Shown piece after piece: positions 27,664-38,273 of a stretch of DNA of 64,000 nucleotides (position 1 is the stretch's first letter; each line of letters starts with the position of its first letter). A program made the translations under genes and the position numbers. The stretch is from Nitrososphaerota archaeon (lineage in GTDB: Archaea > Thermoproteota > Nitrososphaeria_A > Caldarchaeales > Calditenuaceae). The stretch spans positions 10,106 through 74,105 of the forward strand of contig JAVQSZ010000007.1 in NCBI GenBank assembly GCA_033581555.1, given 5' to 3'. A model generated the notes under the pieces. The model saw only the letters and a list, made by a program, of their open reading frames with translations. It searched no databases and had not been told where the DNA came from.

Positions 27664-28814
27664 GAAATCATGTTTTTAATAACTTCTCTTATCGCTCGGA
27701 CGATTCCGAGCGCCCCCTCGGCATCGGTGAGCAGCGCGTGGTGCGGGATCCAGAGGACGTCCCGGGTGACGGCCTCCGCGTTAGGTAGCGGTTTCAGCTC
27801 CGCTCCCACGGACTCGCAATACTTCACGACGCCCCTATGTTGGTGGAGGGGCACGGTGTAGCCCGGCGACGCGGGGACGCCGCGGGACCTGAGCGTCTCG
27901 ACGACCCGGGCCTTCTCGACGTTCCTGAGCCTCCTCCTGTCGATCCTCAGCGGGACCATGTAGACGTTGAACCTAGTCGTGCCCTCCGGCGGCCTCACCG
28001 GCTCCAACCCGTCGACGCCCTCCAGCTCCTCGAGGAGGAGCGCGTAGTTCCTCTGCCTGACCTCGATCTGGCGGTCGAGCCTCGAGAGCTGCGCCGAGAG
28101 GACCGCGGCCTGGAACTCCGTCATCCTGTAGTTGTACGCGAGCAGGTCGCTCTCGAACCAGTCCTTCCCGGAAGTGCGACCGCAGTTAATCAGGGACCAG
28201 CAGAGCTCCGCGAGCTCGTCGCTGTCGGTTGTGATGCACCCTCCCTCACCTGCGGTCATCACCTTGCTCGACTGAAAGCTGAAACATCCCATCGTACCCA
28301 GTGAGCCGGTTCTCCTGCCCCTCCACTCGGAGCCGTGGGCCTGGGCCGCGTCCTCCACTACCGCTACCCCCGCATCCCCGCTGAGCCTCTGGAGCTCGTC
28401 CATGGGGTTGGGCATCCCGGCGATGTGGACCGGGATTACCGCCTTCGCACCGACCCTCTCAGCGACGTCCGCGGCCTCGGCGGGGTCCATGTGGAGTCCT
28501 CCATCGATCAGGTCGACGAGGACTGGGACCGCCCCCAGTTCCGCGATCACCGAGACGGTCGCGACGAACGTGTATGGCGACGTCACGACCCTGTCGCCCC
28601 TCCCGACGCCCGCGGCCCTGAGGGCGACCTTGAGCGCGACGGTCCCGTTGGCGCACGGGACGCCCCTCCTGCACCCGCAGTACCTCGCGAAGTCGTCCGC
28701 GAACCTGAACGCCCAGGTCCCTCCTAGCCCCCAGAGGCCGGACCTCAGGACCTCGAGGAGGTTCCTCTCCTCTTCCTCTCCCCAGACGGGCCAGGCCCTC
28801 CTCCCTGAGCTCAA
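27660..28814 (-). CDS. DegT/DnrJ/EryC1/StrS-family PLP-dependent sugar aminotransferase
   Basis: 384 aa with a family-typical N-terminus (WPVWGEEEERNLLEVLRSGLW) and a PLP-fold core. Confidence 0.8.
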   Translation of the reverse strand: MSSGRRAWPVWGEEEERNLLEVLRSGLWGLGGTWAFRFADDFARYCGCRRGVPCANGTVALKVALRAAGVGRGDRVVTSPYTFVATVSVIAELGAVPVLVDLIDGGLHMDPAEAADVAERVGAKAVIPVHIAGMPNPMDELQRLSGDAGVAVVEDAAQAHGSEWRGRRTGSLGTMGCFSFQSSKVMTAGEGGCITTDSDELAELCWSLINCGRTSGKDWFESDLLAYNYRMTEFQAAVLSAQLSRLDRQIEVRQRNYALLLEELEGVDGLEPVRPPEGTTRFNVYMVPLRIDRRRLRNVEKARVVETLRSRGVPASPGYTVPLHQHRGVVKYCESVGAELKPLPNAEAVTRDVLWIPHHALLTDAEGALGIVRAIREVIKNMIS

Positions 28815-28893
28815 GTCATCCCACGCGGGCTCCGCGGGGTATTAAGTTGGTCGTGGCGGCTTGAGAGAACGGAGACTCGGGAAGCGGGGAGGC

Positions 28894-30966
28894 TTAGCGG
28901 ATCAGGATCCTGACCAGCCTGCTGTCCAGCCTGAGGGGCTCGAAGGGCTTCCCGGAGCCCTCGTAGAACTTGCTGAAGAACTCGTAGAGGTGGAGCCTGA
29001 GGGCCTGGATGAAGGCTAGCGTTCCCTCGAGCGCCATCACGCCGAGGTTCCCTATGACGAGGATCGGGAGGGCCGCGAGCCCGAGGCCGGCGTAGGTCGA
29101 GTTCACGAGGAGCATCAAGGACGCGTGGATCACCATCAGTATAGGGACCCGGAGGTAGCTGAGGGTGTTGGACATGAAGTGGATGATGTTCTCGAGGATC
29201 TCGAGGAGCCCAGCGCCTATCCCGCTGACCAGTGAGGTCTTCGGGCCTATGCCGAGCGCCGAGGAGAGCGGCCTCCCCACCACCAACAGGACCAGGCAGG
29301 CGACGATCCCGTAGAGCGCGACGGTTCCGACTGTGGCGACCGGCAGGCCTATGATGGGGGCGGGCTCGTTCAGCGTAGTCAGTCCCTCGAAGCCTCCCGC
29401 GCCGATGAACGCGATCGCGAAGAGTATCCCCATGAGGTACATGACCATCGTGACGCCCTTGGAGAAGACGGCCTCCCCGAGCTCGCCCTGCTTCGCGTAC
29501 TTGACCGCGCCGAGGAGCATCCCGAGCAGGATGTGGACCGCTCCGAGGAAGGGCGCGAAGGTGAAGAGGGTGAGGACCGCGGCCTGGCTCAGCGTCTTGG
29601 TCCCACCGTGCTTCTCCATCAGCTCTACGACCGGTTTGATACCGGTGTACTCGTAGATCCCGAACCCGAAGGCCTCCTGTATCAAGAAGCCGACCGAGGC
29701 CGCACCCGCGCCGAGGAACGTCAGGAGCTTCCCCCAGGTCCTGAGGTACCCCCTGGCCTTCCTCCAGAGCAGCAGGCCGAGCGTCATGATGACGAGGCCC
29801 TGTCCGAGGTCAGCGAACATGATCCCATAGAAGACGACGATGAAGACCGAGACGAATGGCGTCGGGTCGACCTCGTTGTACCCCGGGACGCCCTGCATCT
29901 TGGTGACGGGGCTGAAGGACTCGACGAGCCTGCCGTGTCTCACCAGCGTCGGGACTTGGTGGCCCGAGTGCCCGCCGTGGTGGCCGTGGACCTCGACCTC
30001 CTCCAGCTCGACGTAGGCCTTCCCCCCCACCGTCCTCAGGAACTCCTCCCTCCTCTCCTCTGGAAGGTAGCCCTCGATCACCACGACCCTCCTCAACCCC
30101 TGCTCCCTCAGCTTGTCCAGGCCCGACCTGAGGCTCTGGGCCAGGTCCCTCAACGCCGCTATCCTCGGCCCTCTCTCGAGCCTGATCTCTGCCATCCGCC
30201 TCTCGACTTCGGCCCTCCTCGACTCGAGGGACTCGATCTCGGCCCGCAGCTTAGCGGCCTCCTCCGCAGGGTCCTCCGGGACCGTCTCGAGCCTCAGGTG
30301 CGCGAGGTTCATCCCCCTAGCTATCCTGAGGACCCTGTCGGCGTCCTGGACCCTCGAGAGCACGAGGACTACCGACTTGCCCTCGCCGATCGGCTGGTCC
30401 GTCACCACGAAGTCCTGAAAGGCCTTCCTGACCTCCTCAACCGCGGAGCTGGGGACGACGAAGACGTTAGCCCTGAGCCTCTTCAGGCCCCTCAGGTGCC
30501 TCGCCTCCCGTCCGAGGACCGTGAGGGCCTCCAGGTCGTCGAGCCTCCTCCTCAGCTCCCTGATCCTCGCGGAGACCTCTTCCTGCTCCTTCCTGAGCCC
30601 CCTCAGCTCCTCGAGCGTCGGCCGGGACTCGGACTCGAGCCTCTCGAGGGCCTCCCTGACCCTGCTCACCTCGACGACCTCCGGGTCAGGCAGGTCGCCC
30701 TTCGTCAGCACCTCCAGCGGCCCCCTTTCCGCGGAGACGTTAAGCTCCCTGACCGCGGCCTCGAGCTCTAGGTAGAGCTCCCTGGCCGTGGCGTAGAGGT
30801 CCTCGAAGTCCTTCAACCTCTCGCCCTCGGACTCCTCGACGTGGAACTCCCCGAACCTGTAGAGCTCGTTGAGGACATCTTCGGCCTTACGTCTCGTCGT
30901 CAATACCCTCGCCTTGACCAGCTTGACTATCCCCATCGCGTCGGCCGGACTTGACGCTCCGTTCAC
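28894..30966 (-). CDS. A/V-type ATP synthase subunit I (membrane a-subunit)
   Basis: 690 aa. N-terminal 330-aa coiled-coil cytoplasmic domain plus a C-terminal multi-TM domain containing the conserved Arg in TLSYLRVPILMVIHASL. Confidence 0.8.
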   Translation of the reverse strand: MNGASSPADAMGIVKLVKARVLTTRRKAEDVLNELYRFGEFHVEESEGERLKDFEDLYATARELYLELEAAVRELNVSAERGPLEVLTKGDLPDPEVVEVSRVREALERLESESRPTLEELRGLRKEQEEVSARIRELRRRLDDLEALTVLGREARHLRGLKRLRANVFVVPSSAVEEVRKAFQDFVVTDQPIGEGKSVVLVLSRVQDADRVLRIARGMNLAHLRLETVPEDPAEEAAKLRAEIESLESRRAEVERRMAEIRLERGPRIAALRDLAQSLRSGLDKLREQGLRRVVVIEGYLPEERREEFLRTVGGKAYVELEEVEVHGHHGGHSGHQVPTLVRHGRLVESFSPVTKMQGVPGYNEVDPTPFVSVFIVVFYGIMFADLGQGLVIMTLGLLLWRKARGYLRTWGKLLTFLGAGAASVGFLIQEAFGFGIYEYTGIKPVVELMEKHGGTKTLSQAAVLTLFTFAPFLGAVHILLGMLLGAVKYAKQGELGEAVFSKGVTMVMYLMGILFAIAFIGAGGFEGLTTLNEPAPIIGLPVATVGTVALYGIVACLVLLVVGRPLSSALGIGPKTSLVSGIGAGLLEILENIIHFMSNTLSYLRVPILMVIHASLMLLVNSTYAGLGLAALPILVIGNLGVMALEGTLAFIQALRLHLYEFFSKFYEGSGKPFEPLRLDSRLVRILIR

Positions 30967-31052
30967 TTAAACCCGAGCCGCTCGGGTAGGTCGCGCCCCA
31001 CGAGCCATCCGATCGAGGAAGCGCTAATACCGGGCAGGTCGACTCTCCGGAC

Positions 31053-32753
31053 ATGGAGGCTGAACTCGGGCAGAGGTCGCTCCCCAGCCAGCGGAGGTAC
31101 CACGGCGTCCTGAACGCGAGCCACAGGGCCTTCCTGAGGGCGGTCGGGCTCACCGACGCCGAGATCGCGAGGCCCCTCGGGTGCATCGTGGTCGCGTGGA
31201 GCGAGGCGGGTCCATGCAACTTCCACACGCTCGAGCTGGTGAGGCACGTGAGGGGCGGGATGGAGGCGGCCGGCGTGACGGGGCTCGCGGTCCCGACGAT
31301 CGTGGTCAACGACAACATCAGCATGGGAACCGACGGGATGAGGTACAGCCTCGTGAGCAGGGAGGTGATCGCGGACACGATCGAGGCCCAAGTGCTGGCC
31401 CACGCCTTCGACGGGTTCGTGGGCATCGGGGGCTGCGACAAGACCCAGCCGGGCATCATGATGGCGATGGTCAGGCTGAACCTCCCCTCGGTCTTCGTCT
31501 ACGGAGGCTCCGCTGAGCCCGGTTACCTCGGCGAGAGGAAGCTCACGATCGAGGAGATCTACGAGGGCGTGGGCGCCTACCTAAGGGGGAAGATCACTGA
31601 GGACGAGCTCTACGAGATCGAGCGGAGGGCCCATCCGACCGTCGGGACGTGCGCGGGCCTTTTCACCGCGAACACGATGGCCAGCATCAGCGAGGCGATG
31701 GGGATCGCGCTCCTCGGGTCATCGACACCGGTCGCGACGTCCGCGAGGAGGGCCCAGTACTGCTACATGAGCGGGAAGGCCCTGGGTCATTTGATCGAGA
31801 ACGGGATAAAGGCCAGGGACATCGTGACCTACGACGCGCTCTACAACGCGACCGTGCTCCTGATGGCCACCGCGGGTTCGACCAACGCGATCCTCCACCT
31901 CCTGGCGATCGCCCACGAGGCCGGCGTGCGCTTCACCATCAGGGACATCGACGAGGTCTCGAGGAGGGTCCCGTACATAGCCAGCATGAAGCCCGCAGGG
32001 GAGTACGTGATGGCGGACCTCGACGCGGTCGGGGGAGTGCCCGTGGTGCTGAAGAAGCTCCTCGAGAGAGGGTACTTGAGGGGAGAAGCCCTGACGGTGA
32101 CCGGGAAGACGCTAGCGCAGAGCCTCAGGGAGTACAGGCACGCGGAGGTGCCCCACGAGCACATCGTCCGGGACCCGGCGAGGCCCTTCAAGCCCACCGG
32201 CGGCATCAGGATCCTATGGGGGAACCTGGCTCCCGATGGCGCGGTCCTCAAGGTCGCGGCGACAGGGCTCAAGCGGTTCGAGGGGAGGGCCAAGGTCTTC
32301 GACGACGAGGACTCCGCCTTCGAGGCCATCAGGAGGGACGAGGTCTCTGAGGGCGACGTCATCGTGATCAGGTACGTCGGGCCGAAGGGCGCTCCGGGCA
32401 TGCCCGAGATGCTCAGGGTGACAGCCGCGGTCGTCGGGGCCGGGCTTGGGGACTCGGTCGCGATGGTCACCGACGGGAGGTTCAGCGGCGCTACGAGGGG
32501 GATGATGGTTGGTCACGTCTCGCCGGAGGCGGCGTCTGGCGGGCCCATCGCTGCGCTCCAGGACGGTGACAAGGTCCTGATAGACGCGGAGGCCGGGAGG
32601 CTCGAGGCCCTGATGCCCGAGGCCGAGCTCAGGAGGAGGATGGAGGAGTGGAGGCCGAAGCCCCCGAGGGCGAGGGCGGGGCTCTTGGCGAAGTACGCGG
32701 CGCTCGTCCAGTCGGCCAGCAGGGGAGCTGTCACCTCACCCGGTCCCCTCTGA
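31053..32753 (+). CDS. ilvD: Dihydroxy-acid dehydratase
   Basis: 566 aa with the CDKTQPG motif and a C-terminal ILVD/EDD domain. Confidence 0.9.
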   Translation: MEAELGQRSLPSQRRYHGVLNASHRAFLRAVGLTDAEIARPLGCIVVAWSEAGPCNFHTLELVRHVRGGMEAAGVTGLAVPTIVVNDNISMGTDGMRYSLVSREVIADTIEAQVLAHAFDGFVGIGGCDKTQPGIMMAMVRLNLPSVFVYGGSAEPGYLGERKLTIEEIYEGVGAYLRGKITEDELYEIERRAHPTVGTCAGLFTANTMASISEAMGIALLGSSTPVATSARRAQYCYMSGKALGHLIENGIKARDIVTYDALYNATVLLMATAGSTNAILHLLAIAHEAGVRFTIRDIDEVSRRVPYIASMKPAGEYVMADLDAVGGVPVVLKKLLERGYLRGEALTVTGKTLAQSLREYRHAEVPHEHIVRDPARPFKPTGGIRILWGNLAPDGAVLKVAATGLKRFEGRAKVFDDEDSAFEAIRRDEVSEGDVIVIRYVGPKGAPGMPEMLRVTAAVVGAGLGDSVAMVTDGRFSGATRGMMVGHVSPEAASGGPIAALQDGDKVLIDAEAGRLEALMPEAELRRRMEEWRPKPPRARAGLLAKYAALVQSASRGAVTSPGPL

Positions 32754-33755
32754 GAGCCTCCTGAGGACCTCGTCGGTGAACCTCGAGGCGGTAGCGTTCC
32801 CTCCCATGTCCCTCGTCCTCACCCTTCCCTCCTCCAGCGTGAGCTCCACCGCTCTCTCCACCTCCCTCCCCGCAGCCGCGGCCCTTTCGTCGCCCCTGCT
32901 CTCCCCCAGCCAGCTCAGCATCATCGCGGCCGCGAGGATCATCGCGGTGGGGTTCGCGGTCTCGGGCTCTATGTCGGGCGCGGAGCCGTGGACGGGCTCG
33001 AAGAGGCCGTATCGGTCCCCGACGTTCGCGGAGGGCGCGATCCCCAGCGTCCCGCAGATCCCGGCCGCCTCGTCGCTGAGGATGTCGCCGAACATGTTGG
33101 TCGTCAGGATAACGTCGAACCTCTCCGGCCTCACGACGAGCTGGTAGGCGGCGTTGTCGACGTACATGAACTCGCAGGAGATTTCCGGGTGGGACCTGAT
33201 CACCTCCGCGGCCACCTCCCTGAAGAACCTGTGGGAGAGGAGGACGTTCGCCTTATCGACTACCGTTATCCTCCTCGACCTCCTCATCGCCTGCACGCAG
33301 GCCATCCTCGCTATCCTCTCGGTCTCCCTCCTGGTGTAGACCGCGAGGGAGACCGCGTGGTCCGGGCCGACGTCCTCGACCCCCTTGTAGACATCCTCGA
33401 CGTTCTCCCTGACGATCAGGACGTCCACGTTCCCGTACCTCGAGGGGACGCCCCTCATCGTCCTGGCCGGCCGCAGGTTCGCGTAGAGGTCGAGCTCCCT
33501 CCTCAGGAAGACGATCACGTCCCTCGCCGTCTCGCCCACGGGGCCCTTCAGGCACGCGTCAGCTCCCCTGATCCTCTCGAGCGAGTCCCCAGGCAGCGCG
33601 ACCCCCGTCTCGTCCCTGACCGCGTCGCCCGCCGGAGCCTCGACGAACTCGAGCGAAAGGGACCTCCTCTCCGAGGCGAGCTCCAGGACCCTCCTCGCCT
33701 CCCTCACGACCACCGGGCCTATTCCGTCTCCCGGTATCACCGCGATCCTGTACAT
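32736..33755 (-). CDS. 3-isopropylmalate dehydrogenase family (LeuB / homoisocitrate dehydrogenase-like)
   Basis: [17 protein letters not shown]-terminus. 339-aa isocitrate/isopropylmalate dehydrogenase fold. Confidence 0.8.
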   Translation of the reverse strand: MYRIAVIPGDGIGPVVVREARRVLELASERRSLSLEFVEAPAGDAVRDETGVALPGDSLERIRGADACLKGPVGETARDVIVFLRRELDLYANLRPARTMRGVPSRYGNVDVLIVRENVEDVYKGVEDVGPDHAVSLAVYTRRETERIARMACVQAMRRSRRITVVDKANVLLSHRFFREVAAEVIRSHPEISCEFMYVDNAAYQLVVRPERFDVILTTNMFGDILSDEAAGICGTLGIAPSANVGDRYGLFEPVHGSAPDIEPETANPTAMILAAAMMLSWLGESRGDERAAAAGREVERAVELTLEEGRVRTRDMGGNATASRFTDEVLRRLSEGTG

Positions 33756-33824
33756 GCTTCGCCGGGCGGGTGGCCTCAGCCGCTAGATAGAGCTTGGTCT
33801 CCGGGCTTATGTGGATTCCCGGAG

Positions 33825-35117
33825 CTAGAGGTCTCCCTGCGGGATCACCGCGAACCCCTTTCCCCTTGCGAGGGCCCTGACCCTCTCGGCGAGATGGGAG
33901 GGCGCCTCCGCGAGCACCCTGACGCCGTCGCTCAGGTACTCGACGCTCTCGACCCTCCCGTGGGAATAGAGCTCTCCGAGGATCTCGTTGACCGAGTCGC
34001 CGTAGTCGAGCTTCGCTTCGAACCTCACGAGACCCGGGAGGTGTCTCAGGACCTCAGCGATCAGCGCATCGATCCCCTCTCCGGTGACAGCCGAGACCGG
34101 GACGGCCGGAAGCCCTCCGATGTCGAGCTCCGCCATCCGCTCCCCCAGCTCCTCCTCGCTCAGCAGGTCGACCTTGTTCAGCGCCACGACCGTCGGGAGG
34201 CCGGCGGCGCCGATCTGCCTGAGCGTGTTCAGGGAGACCTCCAGCTTCGTCCTGACCACCTCGACCGGCTCGGAGACGTCCAGGACCAGGAGCACGAGGT
34301 CCGAGTCCGATATCTCCATCAGCGTCGACATGAATGCGGAGATCAGCAGCGTCGGCACGTTCCTGATGAACCCGACCGTGTCCGAGACGTAGACCGGCCT
34401 CCCGTCGAGCCTCGTGAGCCTCCTCTTCGTCGAGAGGGTCGTGAACATCGCGTCCGAGATCTCCGTCGGGACCGACGTCAGCCTCGTGAAGAGCGTCGAC
34501 TTCCCGGCGTTGGTGTACCCAGCCAGCGAGACGGTCGGTATCCCAGACCTCCTCCTCTGCCTACCCTCCCACTCCTTCCTCCTCTTGATCTCCTCGAGCT
34601 TCTTCGAGATCGCCACCACCTGTCTCTTGACCTCCTCGTAGTAGACGTCTGCCTCATAGGCTCCTAGCCCGTGGAATCCGGGCTGCTCTCCCTGCTTCGC
34701 GAGCCTCACCTTCTCCTTAGCCCTGGGCAGCTCGTACTTCAGCGTCGCGAGCTTGATCTGGAGGTGCGACTCGAGGCTCGTCGCGTGCATCGCGAAGATC
34801 TCCAGTATCAGCCTGATCCTCGTGATCACGTCGACGTTCAGCTCCTTCGCGAGGTTGTACTCTTGGACGGGCTTCAGCTCGTTCTCGAAGACCACCTTCG
34901 ATATCCCGAGCCTCCTGACGGCCTCCTTCAGCTCCCTGACCTTCGAGGGCCCGATGTTGTAGACGGGGTGAGGGAACCGATGCTGGACGAGCCTGTAGAC
35001 CACCTCGTACTCAGCGGTCCTGCAGAGCTCCTCGAGCTCGTCGAGGTTGTCGTCTTCCTCCCAGGGATAGAGCCTTTGGACGATTGCGACCCTCCTGCTC
35101 CCCGCTAAGCCCACCAC
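33825..35117 (-). CDS. hflX: GTPase HflX
   Basis: N-terminal HflX domain. G1 VSLAGYTNAGKSTLF. DTVGFIRNVPTLLISAF. GTG start. Confidence 0.85.
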   Translation of the reverse strand: MVGLAGSRRVAIVQRLYPWEEDDNLDELEELCRTAEYEVVYRLVQHRFPHPVYNIGPSKVRELKEAVRRLGISKVVFENELKPVQEYNLAKELNVDVITRIRLILEIFAMHATSLESHLQIKLATLKYELPRAKEKVRLAKQGEQPGFHGLGAYEADVYYEEVKRQVVAISKKLEEIKRRKEWEGRQRRRSGIPTVSLAGYTNAGKSTLFTRLTSVPTEISDAMFTTLSTKRRLTRLDGRPVYVSDTVGFIRNVPTLLISAFMSTLMEISDSDLVLLVLDVSEPVEVVRTKLEVSLNTLRQIGAAGLPTVVALNKVDLLSEEELGERMAELDIGGLPAVPVSAVTGEGIDALIAEVLRHLPGLVRFEAKLDYGDSVNEILGELYSHGRVESVEYLSDGVRVLAEAPSHLAERVRALARGKGFAVIPQGDL

Positions 35118-35175
35118 CCGCCGCGAGGGGCTCCGCCCAACTCTTAAGAATATGCAAGCGCGATCGCCGGCTTGC

Positions 35176-35619
35176 TCAACCCTCCTTCGAGCCCCGCTCG
35201 GGGCCTAGGTGGTCCTCCCCTCCCAGCATGTCGCCGAGCGTCGGTGCCTGCCTCGAGGCCTTCCTGAGGGCCTTCTCGAGGACCTCGTCGGTCGACTCTA
35301 CCAGCAGCTTGACCTTCAGAGCCTTCTCGAGCTTCCTCGCCAGCTCGATCGATGGCCTCAGCTCGCCGTTCTCTATCCTCCTGATCGTCGAGGCCTTCTC
35401 GCCCACGAGTTCCGCAAGCTGCTCCCTGGTCAGGAACCTCGCCTCCCTCGCTCTCCTCACGACCTCTCCGTAGCCCTCCACGAGCTCGTACCTCTCGACC
35501 CGGTCGACGATGCTCCCGTACCTCTCGAGCCTCGTGCCCCTCGGCTGCCTGCTCACGCCGCGTCGATCTCCTCCGCCCGAGATAAATCGTCCGGCCCTCC
35601 TCGCCCTTCGGGCCTCCAC
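35176..35619 (-). CDS. HTH XRE-family (Cro/C1-type) DNA-binding protein, MBF1 C-terminal-domain-like
   Basis: LTREQLAELVGEKASTIRRIENGELRPSIELARKLEKAL is a classic XRE helix-turn-helix. There is no N-terminal zinc ribbon. The alternative overlapping 181-aa frame is R/G/E-rich junk. Confidence 0.55.
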   Translation of the reverse strand: MEARRARRAGRFISGGGDRRGVSRQPRGTRLERYGSIVDRVERYELVEGYGEVVRRAREARFLTREQLAELVGEKASTIRRIENGELRPSIELARKLEKALKVKLLVESTDEVLEKALRKASRQAPTLGDMLGGEDHLGPERGSKEG

Positions 35620-35658
35620 GGAAACGCTTAACTAACACGCACGGGTCGTCTAGATCGC

Positions 35659-36555
35659 ATGATTCCCGCGTCCTTCCAGTACGTCGCACCGAAGACTCTC
35701 CAGGAGGCCGTCAAGGTCCTCAGGCGGTACAAGGGCGAGGCGAAGCTCCTCGCGGGCGGACACAGCCTAGTCCCGCTGATGAAGCTCAGGCTCTCGACGC
35801 CGCAGGTGGTCGTGGACATGAGGAACCTCAGGCCGAAGCTCGCGTACATCAAGGTCGACGGCAGGACCGTCAGAATCGGCGCGCTCACGAGGCATGCGGA
35901 GATCGAGCACTCCTCGGAGCTGAAGCGGGCCCTCCCGATAATGCCGGCCGCGGCCGAGCACATCGGCGACATGCAGGTCAGGAACATGGGCACGATAGGA
36001 GGCTCCCTTGCCCACGCTGACCCCGCCTCCGACTGGCCGGTGGTGGCCCTGGCGACGGACGCGACGCTCGTGGCCTACGGAGGCAGGACGCGCAGGATCC
36101 CGGCCTCGAAGTTCTTCCAGGAGCCCTTCACCACCGCCCTGAAGTACTACGAGGTCCTGACCGAGGTCGTGATCCCGAGGCCTCCGCCGAATCACGGCTG
36201 GTCCTGGAAGAAGTTCGAGAGGAAGGCGGGCGACTACGCGACGGTCAACGCGGCGGTCATCGTCGTCCCGGGTAATGACGGCCGGATAGGAAGGGCGTCG
36301 ATCGCTGTGGGCGCGGTCCACACGAGGCCCTACAGAGCGACCGAGTCCGAGCGGATGCTGACGGGGAAGGTCCCGACGATGGACCTGCTCAGGAGCGCTG
36401 CCGAGAAGGCCGCGGAGCTCGCGGAGCCGACATCCGACCTGAGGGGGAGCGCCGAGTACAAGCGTGAGATGGTCAAAGTCTTCGTCAAGAGGGCGCTGGT
36501 CGAGGCCTGCGAGCGCGCGAACCTCATTAAGCCCCAGGTCGCGGAGGTGAGGTGA
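35659..36555 (+). CDS. Molybdenum hydroxylase FAD-binding medium subunit (CoxM/CutB-like)
   Basis: [40 protein letters not shown] matches the CO-dehydrogenase/xanthine-DH FAD-binding subunit N-terminus. Confidence 0.85.
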   Translation: MIPASFQYVAPKTLQEAVKVLRRYKGEAKLLAGGHSLVPLMKLRLSTPQVVVDMRNLRPKLAYIKVDGRTVRIGALTRHAEIEHSSELKRALPIMPAAAEHIGDMQVRNMGTIGGSLAHADPASDWPVVALATDATLVAYGGRTRRIPASKFFQEPFTTALKYYEVLTEVVIPRPPPNHGWSWKKFERKAGDYATVNAAVIVVPGNDGRIGRASIAVGAVHTRPYRATESERMLTGKVPTMDLLRSAAEKAAELAEPTSDLRGSAEYKREMVKVFVKRALVEACERANLIKPQVAEVR

Positions 36556-36556
36556 T

Positions 36557-37111
36557 ATGGCGAGGAGGACCGCGAGGGCAGGAGCGCGCAGGGCAGCGGT
36601 CCCGCTCTCGAAGGTACCAGTGCGGGTCAAGGTCAACGGCGTCGAGTACTCCCACGAGGTCGAGCCTAGGCTCCTCCTGGTCCACTACATCAGGGACGTC
36701 CTGGGATTGACCGGGACGCACATCGGCTGCGACACCTCCAACTGCGGCGCCTGCACCGTGCTGATGAAGGGCCCGTGGGGTGACGAGTGGAGGGCGGTGA
36801 AGTCCTGCACGCTCTTCGCCCCGCAGGCCGATGGCGCGGAGATAATCACGGTCGAGGGCCTCGCGAGGGACGGCGAGCTCCACCCGCTCCAGAAGGCCTT
36901 CTGGGAGCACCACGCGCTCCAGTGCGGCTACTGCACTCCCGGGATGATACTCGCAGCGCTGGGCTTCCTCAAGATCAACCCGAACCCGACAAGGGACGAG
37001 ATAAAGAGGGGGATCGCAGGCAACCTCTGTAGGTGCACGGGTTACGTGAACATCGTCAAGGCGGTCGAGGCCGCAGCGAAGGAGATGCGGGAGAAGGGGA
37101 GCTGGATCTAG
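36557..37111 (+). CDS. Molybdenum hydroxylase [2Fe-2S] small subunit (CoxS/CutC-like)
   Basis: [20 protein letters not shown] and NLCRCTGY cluster motifs. Its start is 2 nt after the CoxM stop. Confidence 0.88.
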   Translation: MARRTARAGARRAAVPLSKVPVRVKVNGVEYSHEVEPRLLLVHYIRDVLGLTGTHIGCDTSNCGACTVLMKGPWGDEWRAVKSCTLFAPQADGAEIITVEGLARDGELHPLQKAFWEHHALQCGYCTPGMILAALGFLKINPNPTRDEIKRGIAGNLCRCTGYVNIVKAVEAAAKEMREKGSWI

Positions 37112-37222
37112 TCTGGACTCGGAGCGGACTCGTCGACCGATACCCCGACTTTTCAGTTCCGCTTTCTCCTCCTGGGAAGCGTAAACGTCTAAATTGATCC
37201 GTTCGGAACCCAATGGTGCGGC

Positions 37223-37332
37223 AGCCCGGTCGTCTAGCGGCCAAACTGGCCAGAGGGCCAAGGATTCCGGGCTCTGGATCCCCGCTCGGGAGGGGAGCCC
37301 CGGAGACGGCGGTTCGAATCCGCCCCGGGCTA
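37223..37332 (+). tRNA. tRNA, probably Gln (CTG), with apparent introns (one in the anticodon-loop region, one probable in the D-loop)
   Basis: Acceptor agcccgg/ccgggct. T-arm ggcgg-ttcgaat-ccgcc. Anticodon stem ccggg...cccgg enclosing ctCTGg plus about 20 extra nt. The D-region is about 17 nt too long, with GGCCA repeated. Total 110 nt. Confidence 0.45.
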
Positions 37333-37398
37333 CCTTCTGACACAGCGAGTCCTTCACCGAGAACGCTTTATCTCGAGGGCGCTCGGTCCTGCACAGGG

Positions 37399-37764
37399 TT
37401 GTCGAAGGCGAAGAAGGAGCAGGTCAGGGAGAAGGTGGTGAGGGGGATCGAGGCGCCGGCCGCGAAGGAGCTCGAGGAGTTCCTGAGGTCGCTGAGCTAC
37501 GTCACGCCCTCCATGCTCGCGGAGAGGTTCAGGGTGAGGCTCTCGGTCGCGAAGGACCTGCTCTCAGAGATGGCCTCGAGGGGGCTCCTGAGGCTCGTCA
37601 GCGGGACCAACAGGTTCAGGGTTTACGCGGTCGTGGGAGGGAAGGCCCCGGCGAGGATACAGGCGGCCCAGTCGGCCGAGCTACAGGTCGAAGCCGCCGG
37701 CGAGGTCGCTGCGGCCGCGAAGGGGAAGAAGGCGAAGAAGGCCCAGGAGAAAAAGAAGAAGTGA
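37399..37764 (+). CDS. rps25e: 30S ribosomal protein S25e
   Basis: KAKKEQVREKVVRGIEAPAAKELEEFLRSLSYVTPSMLAERFRVRLSVAKDLLSEMASRGLLRLV matches the S25e winged-helix core, followed by a Lys/Ala-rich tail. The ORF-track start at 37213 overlaps the tRNA. A TTG at about 37399 is the likely start. Confidence 0.65.
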   Translation: MSKAKKEQVREKVVRGIEAPAAKELEEFLRSLSYVTPSMLAERFRVRLSVAKDLLSEMASRGLLRLVSGTNRFRVYAVVGGKAPARIQAAQSAELQVEAAGEVAAAAKGKKAKKAQEKKKK

Positions 37765-37814
37765 GACGAACGCTCAGGGCGCGGTCGGGCCGACGCGCTG
37801 ATGGAGGGCTCACT

Positions 37815-37913
37815 TGGGGCCGGTGGGATTTGAACCCACGACATCCAGCGATCCGTCTAGCTCAGGCGCTCGTCCCCAGGCTGGCGTCCACTCCATGCTG
37901 GACCACGGCCCCC
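37815..37913 (-). tRNA. tRNA, probably Pro (GGG), with an approximately 23-nt intron in the anticodon loop
   Basis: Read on the minus strand: acceptor ggggccg/cggcccc, T-arm gtggg-ttcaaat-cccac, anticodon stem ccagc...gctgg enclosing ctGGGga plus 23 nt. 99 nt total. Confidence 0.5.
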
Positions 37914-38123
37914 GAGCTCTCTCGGCCCCGGTCTGACTATTAACCTTCCGGACGGCAAGAGGCGTAAGGCCAGGGGTCGCGATCCGTCCGCCCTCGTCAG
38001 GAGAGAGCGTACTCCGGAGGCCTGCGAGGGCCTCAGAGTGGTCGTTCCCGGGAATTGCTTATAGGTCCGCGGTGGTCCGAGGTAGAGGTTAAGGCCGACG
38101 TCGAGCGACGACTCGGTGAGCCG

Positions 38124-38219
<96 letters not shown>

Positions 38220-38273
38220 CCTCCCACTGGTCCGAGCTAAGACTAAATTCGGATCGAATCGCGAGATCTACCG

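Noticed and set aside
35144-35689. 181-aa ORF overlapping the HTH gene in a different frame
   Set aside because: Arg/Gly/Glu-rich junk translation. The 147-aa frame contains a clean XRE helix-turn-helix.
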